Of a stretch of DNA of 64,000 nucleotides, positions 47,860 to 57,600 are shown in pieces (position 1 is the first letter of the stretch; each line of letters starts with the position of its first letter). Location: the NCBI GenBank assembly GCA_030612025.1, contig JAUWOR010000001.1:1-64000 (forward strand), read 5' to 3'. The position numbers and the translations under genes were made by a program. The notes under the pieces are model-generated. The model made no database searches, was not told the DNA's origin, and saw nothing but the letters and a program-made list of their open reading frames with translations. Origin of the DNA: Dehalococcoidia bacterium (lineage in GTDB: Bacteria > Chloroflexota > Dehalococcoidia > GIF9 > AB-539-J10).

Positions 47860-48963
47860 CTAACTCCTTACCTCCTTTATGGCAGCCACCAAGCTTTGGC
47901 ACTCGGGCAAGGTACGTGGTGCAACACGGATATATTGGGGAAGACCGAAGGAGCTACAGTCACGCACCAGCATTTTGCGTTTAAGCAGCTCGTGGCGAAA
48001 CTTTGAAGCATCGCCTACCTTAACTAGAAAGAAATTTGCCTCCGAAGGGAGCGGTGGCAAACCAAGGCTGGAAAGCTCAGCTATAAGATATTTTTTCGCC
48101 TCTCTAAGCTCAATTTGACAGCGCTTCAAATACCCTTCCTCATTCATAGCGATAATCCCTGCTTTCTGGGCTAGAGCATTAACATTCCATGGTGGGCAGA
48201 TACGACGTAAGGTGACAATAATCTCTTCCCTGGCTACTCCGTAGCCTAAGCGAAGTCCGGCCAAGGCATAGTCCTTAGTCATGGAGCGCAAAACGAGCAG
48301 GTTATTCCCTTCGATCATATCCAGTGAGGACCAGTGGCTACCTACAAAGCTGATATAAGCCTCATCCAAGACCACCAAAGAATCCTTACTGGCATCCAAA
48401 ATTCTCTTGAAATCTGCTTGTGAAAGATACCTCCCTGTAGGGTTATTAGGATTGCAAATAAAGATACCTTTAGGGCGATGCTGCTTAATTAAGCCAATAG
48501 TCTCATCTATGTTTAACAGGAAGGCATTTTCTGCTGATAGCTGCTGCTTTATAAGAGATGCCCCGGCAATTTGGCAGGCAACTTGGTATTCACCAAAGGT
48601 GGGCTCAATGATGAGAACTTTATCGCCTCGACCAAAGTAGGCCAGAGCAGTAAGGCGTATAAGCTCAGTGGAGCCGTTACCAACCAATATATTCTCTGCC
48701 TTTATTCCTAGCTTCCCAGCTAAAGCGTATCTTAGATGACAAGCCCCGGAATCAGGATAATGGGAAATTGCTTCGCTTAACTCATAACTAACACAGCTTA
48801 GCGCTTCCATCACTCCAGGTGGTGGACCAAGGGGGTTTAGATTAGCACTAAAATCGAGAACCTCCTGAGGAGCAATGCCTAGCGTTTCCAACTCAGCGTA
48901 GTCGATACCCCCGTGTGGACAGACTGTTACTCCTTGTATTTCCAGCCTAGGTAACAAAGACAA
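47860..48963 (-). CDS. cobD: Threonine-phosphate decarboxylase (HisC-family PLP enzyme)
   Basis: [41 protein letters not shown]; operon context. Confidence 0.85.
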   Translation of the reverse strand: MSLLPRLEIQGVTVCPHGGIDYAELETLGIAPQEVLDFSANLNPLGPPPGVMEALSCVSYELSEAISHYPDSGACHLRYALAGKLGIKAENILVGNGSTELIRLTALAYFGRGDKVLIIEPTFGEYQVACQIAGASLIKQQLSAENAFLLNIDETIGLIKQHRPKGIFICNPNNPTGRYLSQADFKRILDASKDSLVVLDEAYISFVGSHWSSLDMIEGNNLLVLRSMTKDYALAGLRLGYGVAREEIIVTLRRICPPWNVNALAQKAGIIAMNEEGYLKRCQIELREAKKYLIAELSSLGLPPLPSEANFFLVKVGDASKFRHELLKRKMLVRDCSSFGLPQYIRVAPRTLPECQSLVAAIKEVRS

Positions 48964-49879
48964 GATGCGTCACCTCCATGGTTAAACAAAACAAAACCCA
49001 AAGTAGAGCAGCCACCTCGAGTAGCTTTATCCCAGAGGCAATGAGGTCGGGAGACAGGGGGTTATTAGGATTGCCCAAGCTATAGCAATCAGCCTTTTCC
49101 AGCCGAACCTTGAGTGCTCCTGCCGCGGCACTCATTGGCCAGCCAGCGTTGGGACTTTCAGTCTTGTCATGGTGGCGAAGCATAATCTGCCAGGCACCCC
49201 CACCATCCTTCCGGCATAGATAGGCAGCTATCACCAGCAGCAGCCCTGAGATTCGTGCTGGGATAAAGTTTAAAATGTCATCCAATTTAGCGGCGAATCT
49301 GCCTAAATGTTCGTATTTCCCATGATAGCCAATCATGGCATCCAGAGTGTTTACCATTCGATAGGCCACAGCGCCGGGGACACCGAAAAGCAAGAAATAG
49401 AATAGAGGGGCAACAAAGCTATCAGCCACATTCTCCGCCACAGACTCCACTGTTGCTGAGACCAGTTCTGGCTTTCCCAGGCTTTGGGTATCACGGCTGA
49501 CCAGACAGGACATCTCGGCTCGGGCTTTCCCTAGATTACCCCTGGCTAAAAGCACTTTAATCTCAAGAGCAGTCTGGCGCAATTCCCTAAAGGCAAAGGT
49601 TGGTTTTAGCAGCAAAGCGCCGGTGATTATGTAGCCTATTGGGCTAATCTCATTCACATAAAGTAAAAGAAAATAAACAGGTGAAGTGAAAATGAAAATA
49701 GTAAGCAAAACCATACCAGCGCCATAAATCAACTGAGCCCGTGTTCCCTGAGTAGGAGCGAACCTCTCCAAAAAGGAGATTACCTTCCCCATCCACACCA
49801 CTGGATGCATAACTCGAGGTGGCTCCCCAAGTAGCACATCAATGACCAAAGCCAGCAGCAGAATGAATAAACCTTCCAT
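48947..49879 (-). CDS. cbiB: Adenosylcobinamide-phosphate synthase
   Basis: HPVVWMG, VSRDT, ESVAEN, NTLDAMIGY, SPNAGWP. Confidence 0.95.
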   Translation of the reverse strand: MEGLFILLLALVIDVLLGEPPRVMHPVVWMGKVISFLERFAPTQGTRAQLIYGAGMVLLTIFIFTSPVYFLLLYVNEISPIGYIITGALLLKPTFAFRELRQTALEIKVLLARGNLGKARAEMSCLVSRDTQSLGKPELVSATVESVAENVADSFVAPLFYFLLFGVPGAVAYRMVNTLDAMIGYHGKYEHLGRFAAKLDDILNFIPARISGLLLVIAAYLCRKDGGGAWQIMLRHHDKTESPNAGWPMSAAAGALKVRLEKADCYSLGNPNNPLSPDLIASGIKLLEVAALLWVLFCLTMEVTHLVFVT

Positions 49880-49887
49880 CGCTTCCC

Positions 49888-50694
49888 CTACCGCTGAATA
49901 TAAGTTCTTTCCCTTTTACCTTCACCAGCCATGATAAGAGTAGCCGGCAACTTATTAACCGGGTGAGGATAAACGCATACTTCAGCACCATAGACCTCCT
50001 TAATATTCTGGGCTGTAAGCACCTCTTGTGGTATCCCCTTAGTATAAATCTGCCCTCCATCTAGCATAACCAACCAATCACAATATTGAGCGGCTAAATT
50101 CAAATCATGTAGGGCAGCAATGACAGTTAAGTTCTGCTCGAGGCAAAGGTTCTTAACCAAATCTAGAATCTCTACCTGATGATTTATATCCAGCTGTGCC
50201 GTTGGCTCATCAAGGAGGAGCACCTTTGGCTGCTGGGTTAAGGCTCGAGCGATAACAACCCCCTGCCTTTCCCCTCCAGAAAGCTCCCCTACCCTACGCT
50301 CAGCAAAGAGTTCGGTCTTCGTCGCTTCCATTGCTTGCCAAGCAATAGCCATATCCCTTTCTCCTTCGTAACGAAGAAACCCAAGATGGGGTGTCCGTCC
50401 CATAAGCACCACTTCAAAGGCAGTAAAGGCTTCAGGTAAAACAGGATTTTGTGGCACCACGGCAATAAGGCGAGCCAGTTCTTCTCTTTTGATATTTTTT
50501 ATATCCCGACCATCAACGAAGATATGCCCCGAAAAGATGCTGATTAGCCGAGTCATTCCCTTGATCAATGTAGATTTCCCTGAGCCATTAGGTCCAATGA
50601 GCCCCAACATCTCACCTGGCACCGCCTTCAGATTTATGTTACTCAAGATTGCTCGGTGGTCGTAGCCTAAACTAACGTCCTTTAGCTCAACCAT
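49888..50694 (-). CDS. btuD: Cobalamin/iron-chelate ABC ATPase
   Basis: GPNGSGKST, MGRTPH, LSGGERQ, DEPT, LHDLNLA. Confidence 0.85.
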   Translation of the reverse strand: MVELKDVSLGYDHRAILSNINLKAVPGEMLGLIGPNGSGKSTLIKGMTRLISIFSGHIFVDGRDIKNIKREELARLIAVVPQNPVLPEAFTAFEVVLMGRTPHLGFLRYEGERDMAIAWQAMEATKTELFAERRVGELSGGERQGVVIARALTQQPKVLLLDEPTAQLDINHQVEILDLVKNLCLEQNLTVIAALHDLNLAAQYCDWLVMLDGGQIYTKGIPQEVLTAQNIKEVYGAEVCVYPHPVNKLPATLIMAGEGKRERTYIQR

Positions 50695-50695
50695 G

Positions 50696-51424
50696 TCACT
50701 TTATCCCGTTTTGCTTAAATATAGCCTCCTTCACTGCTGAAGTCACTGCCCTGGCCACAAGCTCCCCCATCTTGCTATGTCCACCTAGATAATTTATCCT
50801 CGCTCCTTGCCCAGATACTATTATGGCATTATCGGTTCCTGTGCCTGTGGCTCGAATTTCAGGATTGTAAGAGCTTCTGATATCCAAATCTTCAAGGGCT
50901 ACTACCTTTGCCTCAGTTAAGGTAATCATCCCTCGAGCCATTGCCCCTTCCGAGAACGAGGCATTAGTTAAGACTATCACGTTAATAGTGCCCAAAGTCT
51001 CAAACTTTCCCTCTCTTTCCAAGCTTCTTGCCATATCAACTCCTATCCTTTGGGCATTGGATTTTGTTCCTGCGGTAACTAAAGCAAAGACCTTGAAATC
51101 TTGGTATTCTTCCTTCTTGAGGGCAAAATTATCCATATCTGCTCCGGTGAGTAACATAGCTGTCTTGGCTGAAGAAAGGTTTAAATCGCTAAGAAGCTTG
51201 TTCATATAGCCATCGTAATTTTGATGCACAAATTCCCATAAAGGAGGAGGATTATAGTTATTAGCCACTACTTTTACCTTCTTGAATCCTTCCCTAGTGG
51301 ATAAACATCTTCTTTCTTTGGCAAAGGAGGCTAAGAAGGTCTTCACCTCTACCCCTTGAAATTGGTGATAAATTATTTGGGCTCTTGTCCCTTCTAAATC
51401 GATTTCGATTTCTTTTTCTCTCAT
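50696..51424 (-). CDS. cbiZ: Adenosylcobinamide amidohydrolase
   Basis: LLTGADM, VTAG..SNA, GTIN, TEAK, ATGTGTD. Confidence 0.9.
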   Translation of the reverse strand: MREKEIEIDLEGTRAQIIYHQFQGVEVKTFLASFAKERRCLSTREGFKKVKVVANNYNPPPLWEFVHQNYDGYMNKLLSDLNLSSAKTAMLLTGADMDNFALKKEEYQDFKVFALVTAGTKSNAQRIGVDMARSLEREGKFETLGTINVIVLTNASFSEGAMARGMITLTEAKVVALEDLDIRSSYNPEIRATGTGTDNAIIVSGQGARINYLGGHSKMGELVARAVTSAVKEAIFKQNGIK

Positions 51425-51436
51425 TGGGCAAGCCTT

Positions 51437-52534
51437 TTAGAAGAAAGCAAGCCCTTTCTTCCTTCGCAATAGATAAAGAAAGAAAGGAGCCCCGCAAAAA
51501 GCAGTGATTACCCCTACTGGAATCTCTGTGGGAGGAAGTAGAGTGTGGGCAAGGGTGTCAGCTAAGATGAGGAATATGCCGCCGACCAAGGTAGATAAAG
51601 GAAGCAAGAAACGATGGTCTGGACCCCAGATAAGTCTCACCGCATGGGGAACTAGGATGCCCACAAAACCGATAAGGCCAGTAAAACAGACTGCCACAGA
51701 GGTAATCAAGGTGGCAGCACCCAGCAATATAAGCTTAACCCTTTCCACATTGATGCCTAATTGCTGTGCCTGCTCCTCATCAAGCTGCATCACATTAAGG
51801 GGTCGAGCATGAAGCCAGATAATTATAACTCCTACCATCACGCAAGGAAGGACTGTCCATACTTCAGCCCATTTAGTTAAGGAAAGCCCACCCAGCAGCC
51901 AAAATACAATCCCATGTAATTCCTCACCGCAAATGGTCATAAGATAAGACGTAATAGAAGATAAGAAAGCACCCAAAGCCACCCCAGCTAGGATGAGGGT
52001 AGTCGCCGGTAAGGTCTTGCCCGCACGAGCCACTGAATAGACCACGGCGACAGCACCTAGACCACCAGCAAAGGCAAATATAGGGATGGCTCCAAAATTC
52101 ATCCATTGCAAGGGGAAAGGGATTAGAAAACCAACAGTAGCTCCCAAACCAGCTCCTGAGGCAATACCGAGGAGGTAAGGGTCAGCCAGGGGATTGCGGA
52201 ACAACCCTTGATAGGTGGCTCCAGCCACCGCTAAGGCTGCCCCCACTAAACCTGCTAGAAGGATGCGAGGAAGCCTTATATCTAGGATTATAGTGTTAAA
52301 AGTTTCAGGCCAGGATGGGGCGATATGGAGAAAGGACAATTTGGAAGCCAGAACTTCAAAGCAGGTAGAAAAGGGTATATGAACGCTTCCCAAAGTAGTG
52401 GCAAATACAATTGCCGCTAAAAGCAGCCCAGCAAGCCCCACTAAAGCATAAACCTTGCCCTGCCAGCGAAGGGAGCAAGGTACGATAGAGTCAATAGCAG
52501 GTTTGTTAATTGACTGATAGATGTTAGTATTCAA
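51437..52534 (-). CDS. btuC: Cobalamin/iron-chelate ABC permease (FecCD)
   Basis: IRLPR, FRNPLADPY, IGFVGILVPH, GAPFF. Confidence 0.88.
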   Translation of the reverse strand: MNTNIYQSINKPAIDSIVPCSLRWQGKVYALVGLAGLLLAAIVFATTLGSVHIPFSTCFEVLASKLSFLHIAPSWPETFNTIILDIRLPRILLAGLVGAALAVAGATYQGLFRNPLADPYLLGIASGAGLGATVGFLIPFPLQWMNFGAIPIFAFAGGLGAVAVVYSVARAGKTLPATTLILAGVALGAFLSSITSYLMTICGEELHGIVFWLLGGLSLTKWAEVWTVLPCVMVGVIIIWLHARPLNVMQLDEEQAQQLGINVERVKLILLGAATLITSVAVCFTGLIGFVGILVPHAVRLIWGPDHRFLLPLSTLVGGIFLILADTLAHTLLPPTEIPVGVITAFCGAPFFLYLLRRKKGLAFF

Positions 52535-53054
52535 TGCCTTCCCTGCCTCCTATTCCTTGTTCATAGGGATGCTTTACTTCTTTAATCTCGCTAACCAGAT
52601 CTGCCTTCCCTATAATCCTCCCTGTTGCTCCGCGACCAGTTAGAATGAGTTCTAGCTTTTGCGGCTTTAACTCTAAAAGGGAGAGGACTTCCTCCTCCTT
52701 CAAAAAGCCCTCACGCATAGCAATGTTTATCTCGTCCAAAATCAGCATATCCCAAGTTTCATCGGCAAAAAGCCCCTTGATAAACTCTAAGCCCCTTAAA
52801 CATTCCCTCCTCACCTCATCAAAGCTTAAATCCTTATAGAAATGGGGGTGTCTTCTAGCAAAAAAGGAGGTTTTTATCCCTAGCTTTTGCAAAGGTTCAT
52901 ATTCCCCACATCCAAATGTCTCGGGATCCTTAAAGAAGGAGACGAAGCCTACCTTAAAACCATGACCAGCAGCTCGAACTGCCTGACCGATAGCAGCAGT
53001 GGACTTTCCCTTGCCATCTCCAGTATATACTTGAATTAATCCTCTTTCCTTCAC
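52524..53054 (-). CDS. cobO: Cob(I)alamin adenosyltransferase
   Basis: YTGDGKGKSTAA, LILDEI, LTGR, ADLVSE, REGIEY. Confidence 0.93.
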   Translation of the reverse strand: MKERGLIQVYTGDGKGKSTAAIGQAVRAAGHGFKVGFVSFFKDPETFGCGEYEPLQKLGIKTSFFARRHPHFYKDLSFDEVRRECLRGLEFIKGLFADETWDMLILDEINIAMREGFLKEEEVLSLLELKPQKLELILTGRGATGRIIGKADLVSEIKEVKHPYEQGIGGREGIEY

Positions 53055-53071
53055 TTTAGCTTCCCTTTACG

Positions 53072-53186
53072 AAGAATATTTATTTGTCACCCTGAACGAA
53101 GTGAAGGGTCTCTAGACGCTGTCCTGAGCAACGCGAAGGATTCTTCGCTGCGCTCAGAATGACAAACTGAATTGTTAAGCACTCTA
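53072..53186. repeat. TGTCACCCTGA...TCAGAATGACA repeat with degenerate MITE-like ends
   Basis: Same core family as 7901 and 31767; CCTTTA on both flanks. Confidence 0.6.
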
Positions 53187-53194
53187 CCTTTATA

Positions 53195-53833
53195 CTATCG
53201 GACAGAAATCTCCAGAAACCAAACATTGTCTCTCTTCTCCTTCTTGCCTGGGATAACCTCGAGCGGCGTCTTAAAAATGGGACCATCGAACACAAAAGTA
53301 TGATATTCTCCAGATTCCCCACAGGGATGACAACCAAATTTCCCAATTTCATTCAAAGAAGCCTTATCCAAGTTTCTGCCAAGCAAGCTTTGGTCTAATT
53401 TAGTCGCTACTACTATTGCCTTAAATCCAAGGCTCCAAAAATCAGCAAGGAGTTCCTCAGATCCAATCCCCCAAAGAGGCAAAATAGGCTTTATTCCAAG
53501 TTCCCCACAAACCCTCTCTACCCACTCCCTATGCTCCTCTAAATCCATATCGCCAAAAACTCCTCCCTCTATCCCCTTCTCCTTAAGCTCCGTCACAACC
53601 CTCTTAAAGTTCTCCTCATAATCTTCCCAGGATGTTTTAACCTGAACCATGGGAATCCCTATAGCCCTTGACTGCGATTCCAAAACGTCAGCTTTAATAC
53701 CATGAGACCTTGATTTATCCCCATCTTTGGAGACAAAGTTGACCAGATACAAAACCTCATGGCCTTGTGAAATTGCCTTATAGGTTGCCAGGGCAGATTC
53801 CTTCCCCCCACTCCAGGAAGCAAAGACCTTCAT
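53195..53833 (-). CDS. Diphthine-ammonia ligase-like (MJ0570/Dph6 family) ATP-binding protein
   Basis: SWSGGKES, SHG, VFGD, PLW, PCGESGEYHTFVFDGPIF. Confidence 0.9.
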   Translation of the reverse strand: MKVFASWSGGKESALATYKAISQGHEVLYLVNFVSKDGDKSRSHGIKADVLESQSRAIGIPMVQVKTSWEDYEENFKRVVTELKEKGIEGGVFGDMDLEEHREWVERVCGELGIKPILPLWGIGSEELLADFWSLGFKAIVVATKLDQSLLGRNLDKASLNEIGKFGCHPCGESGEYHTFVFDGPIFKTPLEVIPGKKEKRDNVWFLEISVR

Positions 53834-53855
53834 TTAATCACCTCCCTTCAGCTTA

Positions 53856-53999
53856 GAGGCTGTTTAATTTTGCCTCAAATTCAAAACTAGATTTGCCTCA
53901 TCCAGTTTTAATACCCGTTCACCCTCAAGATCCTCGTAGTGCGACCCTTTAGGGTCGTGCACGAGGCTAAAGCCTCGCACTACATTTTTAAACACGCTC
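53856..53999. mobile_element. MITE-like element, 41861 family, inserted in the last codons of btuF
   Basis: GAGGCTGTTTAA / TTAAACACGCTC; flanks GCTTA / GCTTG. Confidence 0.85.
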
Positions 54000-54906
54000 G
54001 CTTGCCGAAAATGTCCGGGTGAATAAAGTAAGCAAACCACTCTAAAGCGTCCACTATCCTCGGCCCATCACGGCTAACTAGGTCGGCATCAATCTGATAC
54101 ACTCTATTGTTCTTACGAGCCTCGGTGACCCCGAGCCTTGGCTCTTCATTTGCCCACTCAAACGGCTTGCCTTTAGCTTCCCCGTGTCCAGTGCAAGCAA
54201 TAATTACCTCAGGGTTGCGAGCAATAACCTCTTCAAGGTTAACCATTTTATGCCCTATAACATCCTGGAAAATATTCACTCCACCAGCTTTCTCAATCAA
54301 TTCCTGCGTTGTAATTCCCGAACCTACGCTCCATAATGGCTCGTGCCAGGTGATATAAAAGACCCTTGGCTTTCCATCCGGGTTCTGGGTTTTATCTGTT
54401 ATCGCTTTAATCCTGGTTTCCATTTGAGCCACAAGCTTAGATGCCTCATCCTCTTCTCCAGTTATTTTTCCTACCACCTCAATATCTTTAAGTATTCCGT
54501 CTAAATTTTCTGGCGCCAAGGCAAATACCGTGAGACCCCACTCCTCTAGAGCGGGAATAACCTCCTTGGCATGAATGCTGCCAGCTAATATCAAGTCTGG
54601 TTGCAGGGCGATTATCTTTTCTATATCGGGTGTGGAAAATCCTCCTACCTTTTCCTTATCAAAAACTTCCGCTGGGTAGTTACAGAATTCCGTCACTCCC
54701 ACCACCTTGTCTCCCAAACCCAGGGCAAATAGAATCTCAGTATTAGAAGGGACTAAGGAGATGATTCTTTGAGGTATTTCCTTAATGCTGACTGACCTTC
54801 CTAAATCATCAACTATGGCACCAGGAGATACAGGTTCGGTAGGAGTACAGCCTGCCAGGATAAGTACAATGCCCAAAAGGGCAAAAAACTTCAACCACAC
54901 TTTCAT
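53980..54906 (-). CDS. btuF: Cobalamin-binding lipoprotein
   Basis: Lipobox LAGC, RIISLVPSNTEILFALG, CNYP, SRDGPR. Confidence 0.9.
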   Translation of the reverse strand: MKVWLKFFALLGIVLILAGCTPTEPVSPGAIVDDLGRSVSIKEIPQRIISLVPSNTEILFALGLGDKVVGVTEFCNYPAEVFDKEKVGGFSTPDIEKIIALQPDLILAGSIHAKEVIPALEEWGLTVFALAPENLDGILKDIEVVGKITGEEDEASKLVAQMETRIKAITDKTQNPDGKPRVFYITWHEPLWSVGSGITTQELIEKAGGVNIFQDVIGHKMVNLEEVIARNPEVIIACTGHGEAKGKPFEWANEEPRLGVTEARKNNRVYQIDADLVSRDGPRIVDALEWFAYFIHPDIFGKRACLKM

Positions 54907-54929
54907 ATATGTAAATTAAGTTGATTAAA

Positions 54930-54958
54930 ATTATAAAAGGCTATAGTTAAGATGTCAA
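54930..54958 (-). promoter_or_regulatory. Consensus sigma70 promoter of the cobamide operon
   Basis: TTGACA-17-TATAAT, 23 nt from the btuF ATG. Confidence 0.8.
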
Positions 54959-55061
54959 TGGATCAAGCAATTTTGAGGCAATATTGCCCTAATAGGATTT
55001 CAGAGTGCTTTTTCTCTAGCAGTTAAAGAAGATAAAAGGGTAATGGCACCATTTGGTGAAA

Positions 55062-55868
55062 CTACATGTTGGTAGATTCTCTAGCCTTCATTAGATCAAC
55101 AATTCTATAATCCAGGTTTTCTTCCTCCAATCTCTGCACTAATGTTGAAATTCCATCTTCAGCACAAACCACTAAGAAAGGCAAGCCACAATAAGCTGCT
55201 TCTATCGCTGCTTCCCTGACACCATAAATATAATCAGGCTTTATACTCACTTGCTTCAGTACCACTAAAGCTTCAACCCCAATAGCTCCTACCAGCTTGG
55301 CTTTGTCTAACTCTCCTTTCAATCTGATAAGATCGGTATTCCTGGACCCCCCCGCTTGCACGTTGGGCACTTCAGCTATAGTCACCTTGCCTGTCTTTAG
55401 CTTTATCACCCCCTCCACCTTGGAAACACCAACATCTTCCCCTTTCTTAGCCTCAGAGACAGTTACCCCCCTGGCTCCTTCATCACTTACAATATCAGAG
55501 GCAAACAGCAAGCCGCCCTTCATATAAAGCGAGACTGCCTGCCCTGCAGATAAGTCGCCATCAGCTATGGCAGTGGAAGTTGATATATCGCTTACCACCC
55601 GGCTCACAAAGGAAGAGTAGCTTTGCAATTGCCTTGCCATCCTTAGAATCCAATCTACACCCTCTCTAGTCACTTTATACCTGGAACGACCTTGTGAGCT
55701 AAGCCAACCATCCTTGATCAATTCCTTGACATACTCGGAGACAGCCTGAGAGGTTATATTTAGCTTTTTGGCAATGTCCTTTTGCTGTATATTCGGTTGA
55801 TTCGCCGCTATCTCCAGCAATATCTGAAACTTAGTAGCCAGATTTTTACTCTGTAATATTTGTGCCAT
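55062..55868 (-). CDS. Winged-HTH transcriptional regulator (COG1497-like)
   Basis: TKFQILLEIAANQPNIQQKDIAKKLNITSQAVSEY; start at MAQIL. Confidence 0.8.
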   Translation of the reverse strand: MAQILQSKNLATKFQILLEIAANQPNIQQKDIAKKLNITSQAVSEYVKELIKDGWLSSQGRSRYKVTREGVDWILRMARQLQSYSSFVSRVVSDISTSTAIADGDLSAGQAVSLYMKGGLLFASDIVSDEGARGVTVSEAKKGEDVGVSKVEGVIKLKTGKVTIAEVPNVQAGGSRNTDLIRLKGELDKAKLVGAIGVEALVVLKQVSIKPDYIYGVREAAIEAAYCGLPFLVVCAEDGISTLVQRLEEENLDYRIVDLMKARESTNM

Positions 55869-55931
55869 GTCAAAAACATTATACCATTTACTAGCCAAGG
55901 CTACAGCTAATAGTTTGGCAACCTCAACTAG

Positions 55932-56597
55932 CTAAGACTTGGCAACTTTCTGAAGGGCAAGCGAACTAGGACACCCATTTTTCAATACGCACTCAGCGCA
56001 GCAAGGCTGTCGAGCATGGCACACTCGCCGGCCATGCTCTATCAGATGAAGATGAAATTGATATACCTTTGAAGGCAGGATTTGCTCTTGCAGCAAGTTA
56101 GGCGCTTTTTCTATTGAAACTTTGGAGTCAATTAAACCTAGTCGTTTGGTCACCCGAAAAACATGGGTATCCACCGGCAAGGATGGCTTCCCTAACCCAA
56201 AAAGCAGCACGCAGCTAGCTGTTTTGGGACCCACCCCAGGCAAATGCATCAAATAATCCTTAGCTTCAGATATACTCATCGATTTAAGAAAATCAAGGCT
56301 AAGGGAGTCTTGCTCCTCCTCAATCTTATTAAGTATCTGCTTTATTCTTACCGCCTTAATCCAAGATAATCCCCCGGATTTGATAGCCTGAGCGATACGC
56401 TCCACTGGAGCAGAAGCCACATCCTCCCAGCTACCAAAGGTAGATAAAAGCGATTCAAAGGCTCTCTTTGAATTTACATCTGAGGTGTTCTGAGAAAGGA
56501 TAGTTCCTATAAGCACAGCAATAGGTTGTTTGCCTGGCTGCCACTCTAAAGGTCCATATTCTTGCTCCAATGACTTGATGACTTCTTCGATGGTCAT
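55932..56597 (-). CDS. nth: Endonuclease III
   Basis: ILSQNT, LPGVGPKTA, VDTHV, CHARQPCCAECVLKNGC. Confidence 0.9.
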   Translation of the reverse strand: MTIEEVIKSLEQEYGPLEWQPGKQPIAVLIGTILSQNTSDVNSKRAFESLLSTFGSWEDVASAPVERIAQAIKSGGLSWIKAVRIKQILNKIEEEQDSLSLDFLKSMSISEAKDYLMHLPGVGPKTASCVLLFGLGKPSLPVDTHVFRVTKRLGLIDSKVSIEKAPNLLQEQILPSKVYQFHLHLIEHGRRVCHARQPCCAECVLKNGCPSSLALQKVAKS

Positions 56598-56657
56598 TTT
56601 CTTTGCTTCACAAAGGAATTTTCCTAAAATTTATGATAGTGTATCGTATTAACACTC

Positions 56658-57599
56658 ATGCGGAAAGTCATTTTGGATATGGATCCTGGCATTGATGATG
56701 CTCTAGCTTTGCTCCTGGCCTTAAGGTCGCCTGAGATCCAAGTCCTTGGCATCACTACAGTGGCTGGTAATGCTCCAGTAGAGATGACCAGCGCCAATGC
56801 CCGCCGAGTATTGGAATACCTGGGTGTAACTGATATTCCAGTGGCAATGGGGGCAGCAAAACCCTTAAAACACACTCTTGTCAATGCCTTGGACTATCAT
56901 GGCCCAGATGGACTAGGCCAATGCAGCTTGCCTCCTCCCAGACTTCCACTGCACCCAGCAAAGGCCTGGGATTTCCTGGCCGAGTTAGTATTAAATGCAC
57001 CAGGTGAGATTACACTAGTGGCAACAGGACCTCTAACCAATGTAGCTCTTGCTTTTCAACACCATCCCGAACTACCCAAACTTCTAGCCGGACTAGTTCT
57101 CATGGGAGGGGCGTATAGTCTCACACCTTATGGTAAAGGAAACCAAACCCCGTTTGCCGAATTCAACATCTGGCAGGACCCAGAGGCGGCCCATATGGTG
57201 TTTAGCTCTGAAGTGGATATCATCGCTATAGGGCTGGACATATCTATGAATCCTGCCACCTGCTTGACTAGCCAACATTTAGAGCAAATTAAAGCCAGCC
57301 ACACACCCGCTGCTCGCTTAGCAGCCAAACTAGTGGAATATGCTATAAAACATCATGGGCGCTGTGAACTTCACGATCCCTTAGCTCTGGCAACATTGCT
57401 AGATGCTTCCCTATTTGATTTCATATCAGCGCCCGTGGAAGTGATTTCAGGAAATGGATGGGACCGAGGAGTTACTCGTATCTTGCCCTCTGATAGCTGT
57501 CAGCTATCAGTTGATAGCTCTCAGTTAATGCATATAGCCGCTGGCATAGATGGGCCCCGCTTTCTGAAGCTATTTCTATCGCGCATACTAGAGAAGTAA
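56658..57599 (+). CDS. Inosine/uridine-preferring nucleoside hydrolase
   Basis: DMDPGIDDA, HGPDGLG, TGPLTN, AEFN, LHDP. Confidence 0.92.
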   Translation: MRKVILDMDPGIDDALALLLALRSPEIQVLGITTVAGNAPVEMTSANARRVLEYLGVTDIPVAMGAAKPLKHTLVNALDYHGPDGLGQCSLPPPRLPLHPAKAWDFLAELVLNAPGEITLVATGPLTNVALAFQHHPELPKLLAGLVLMGGAYSLTPYGKGNQTPFAEFNIWQDPEAAHMVFSSEVDIIAIGLDISMNPATCLTSQHLEQIKASHTPAARLAAKLVEYAIKHHGRCELHDPLALATLLDASLFDFISAPVEVISGNGWDRGVTRILPSDSCQLSVDSSQLMHIAAGIDGPRFLKLFLSRILEK

Positions 57600-57600
57600 G

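Noticed and set aside
41861-53999. Recurring GTAGTGCGA palindromes as a CRISPR array
   Set aside because: Copies are kilobases apart with no regular spacers and no cas genes.
54907-55061. Cobalamin riboswitch upstream of btuF
   Set aside because: No B12-box motifs seen, and the promoter is too close to the start codon.
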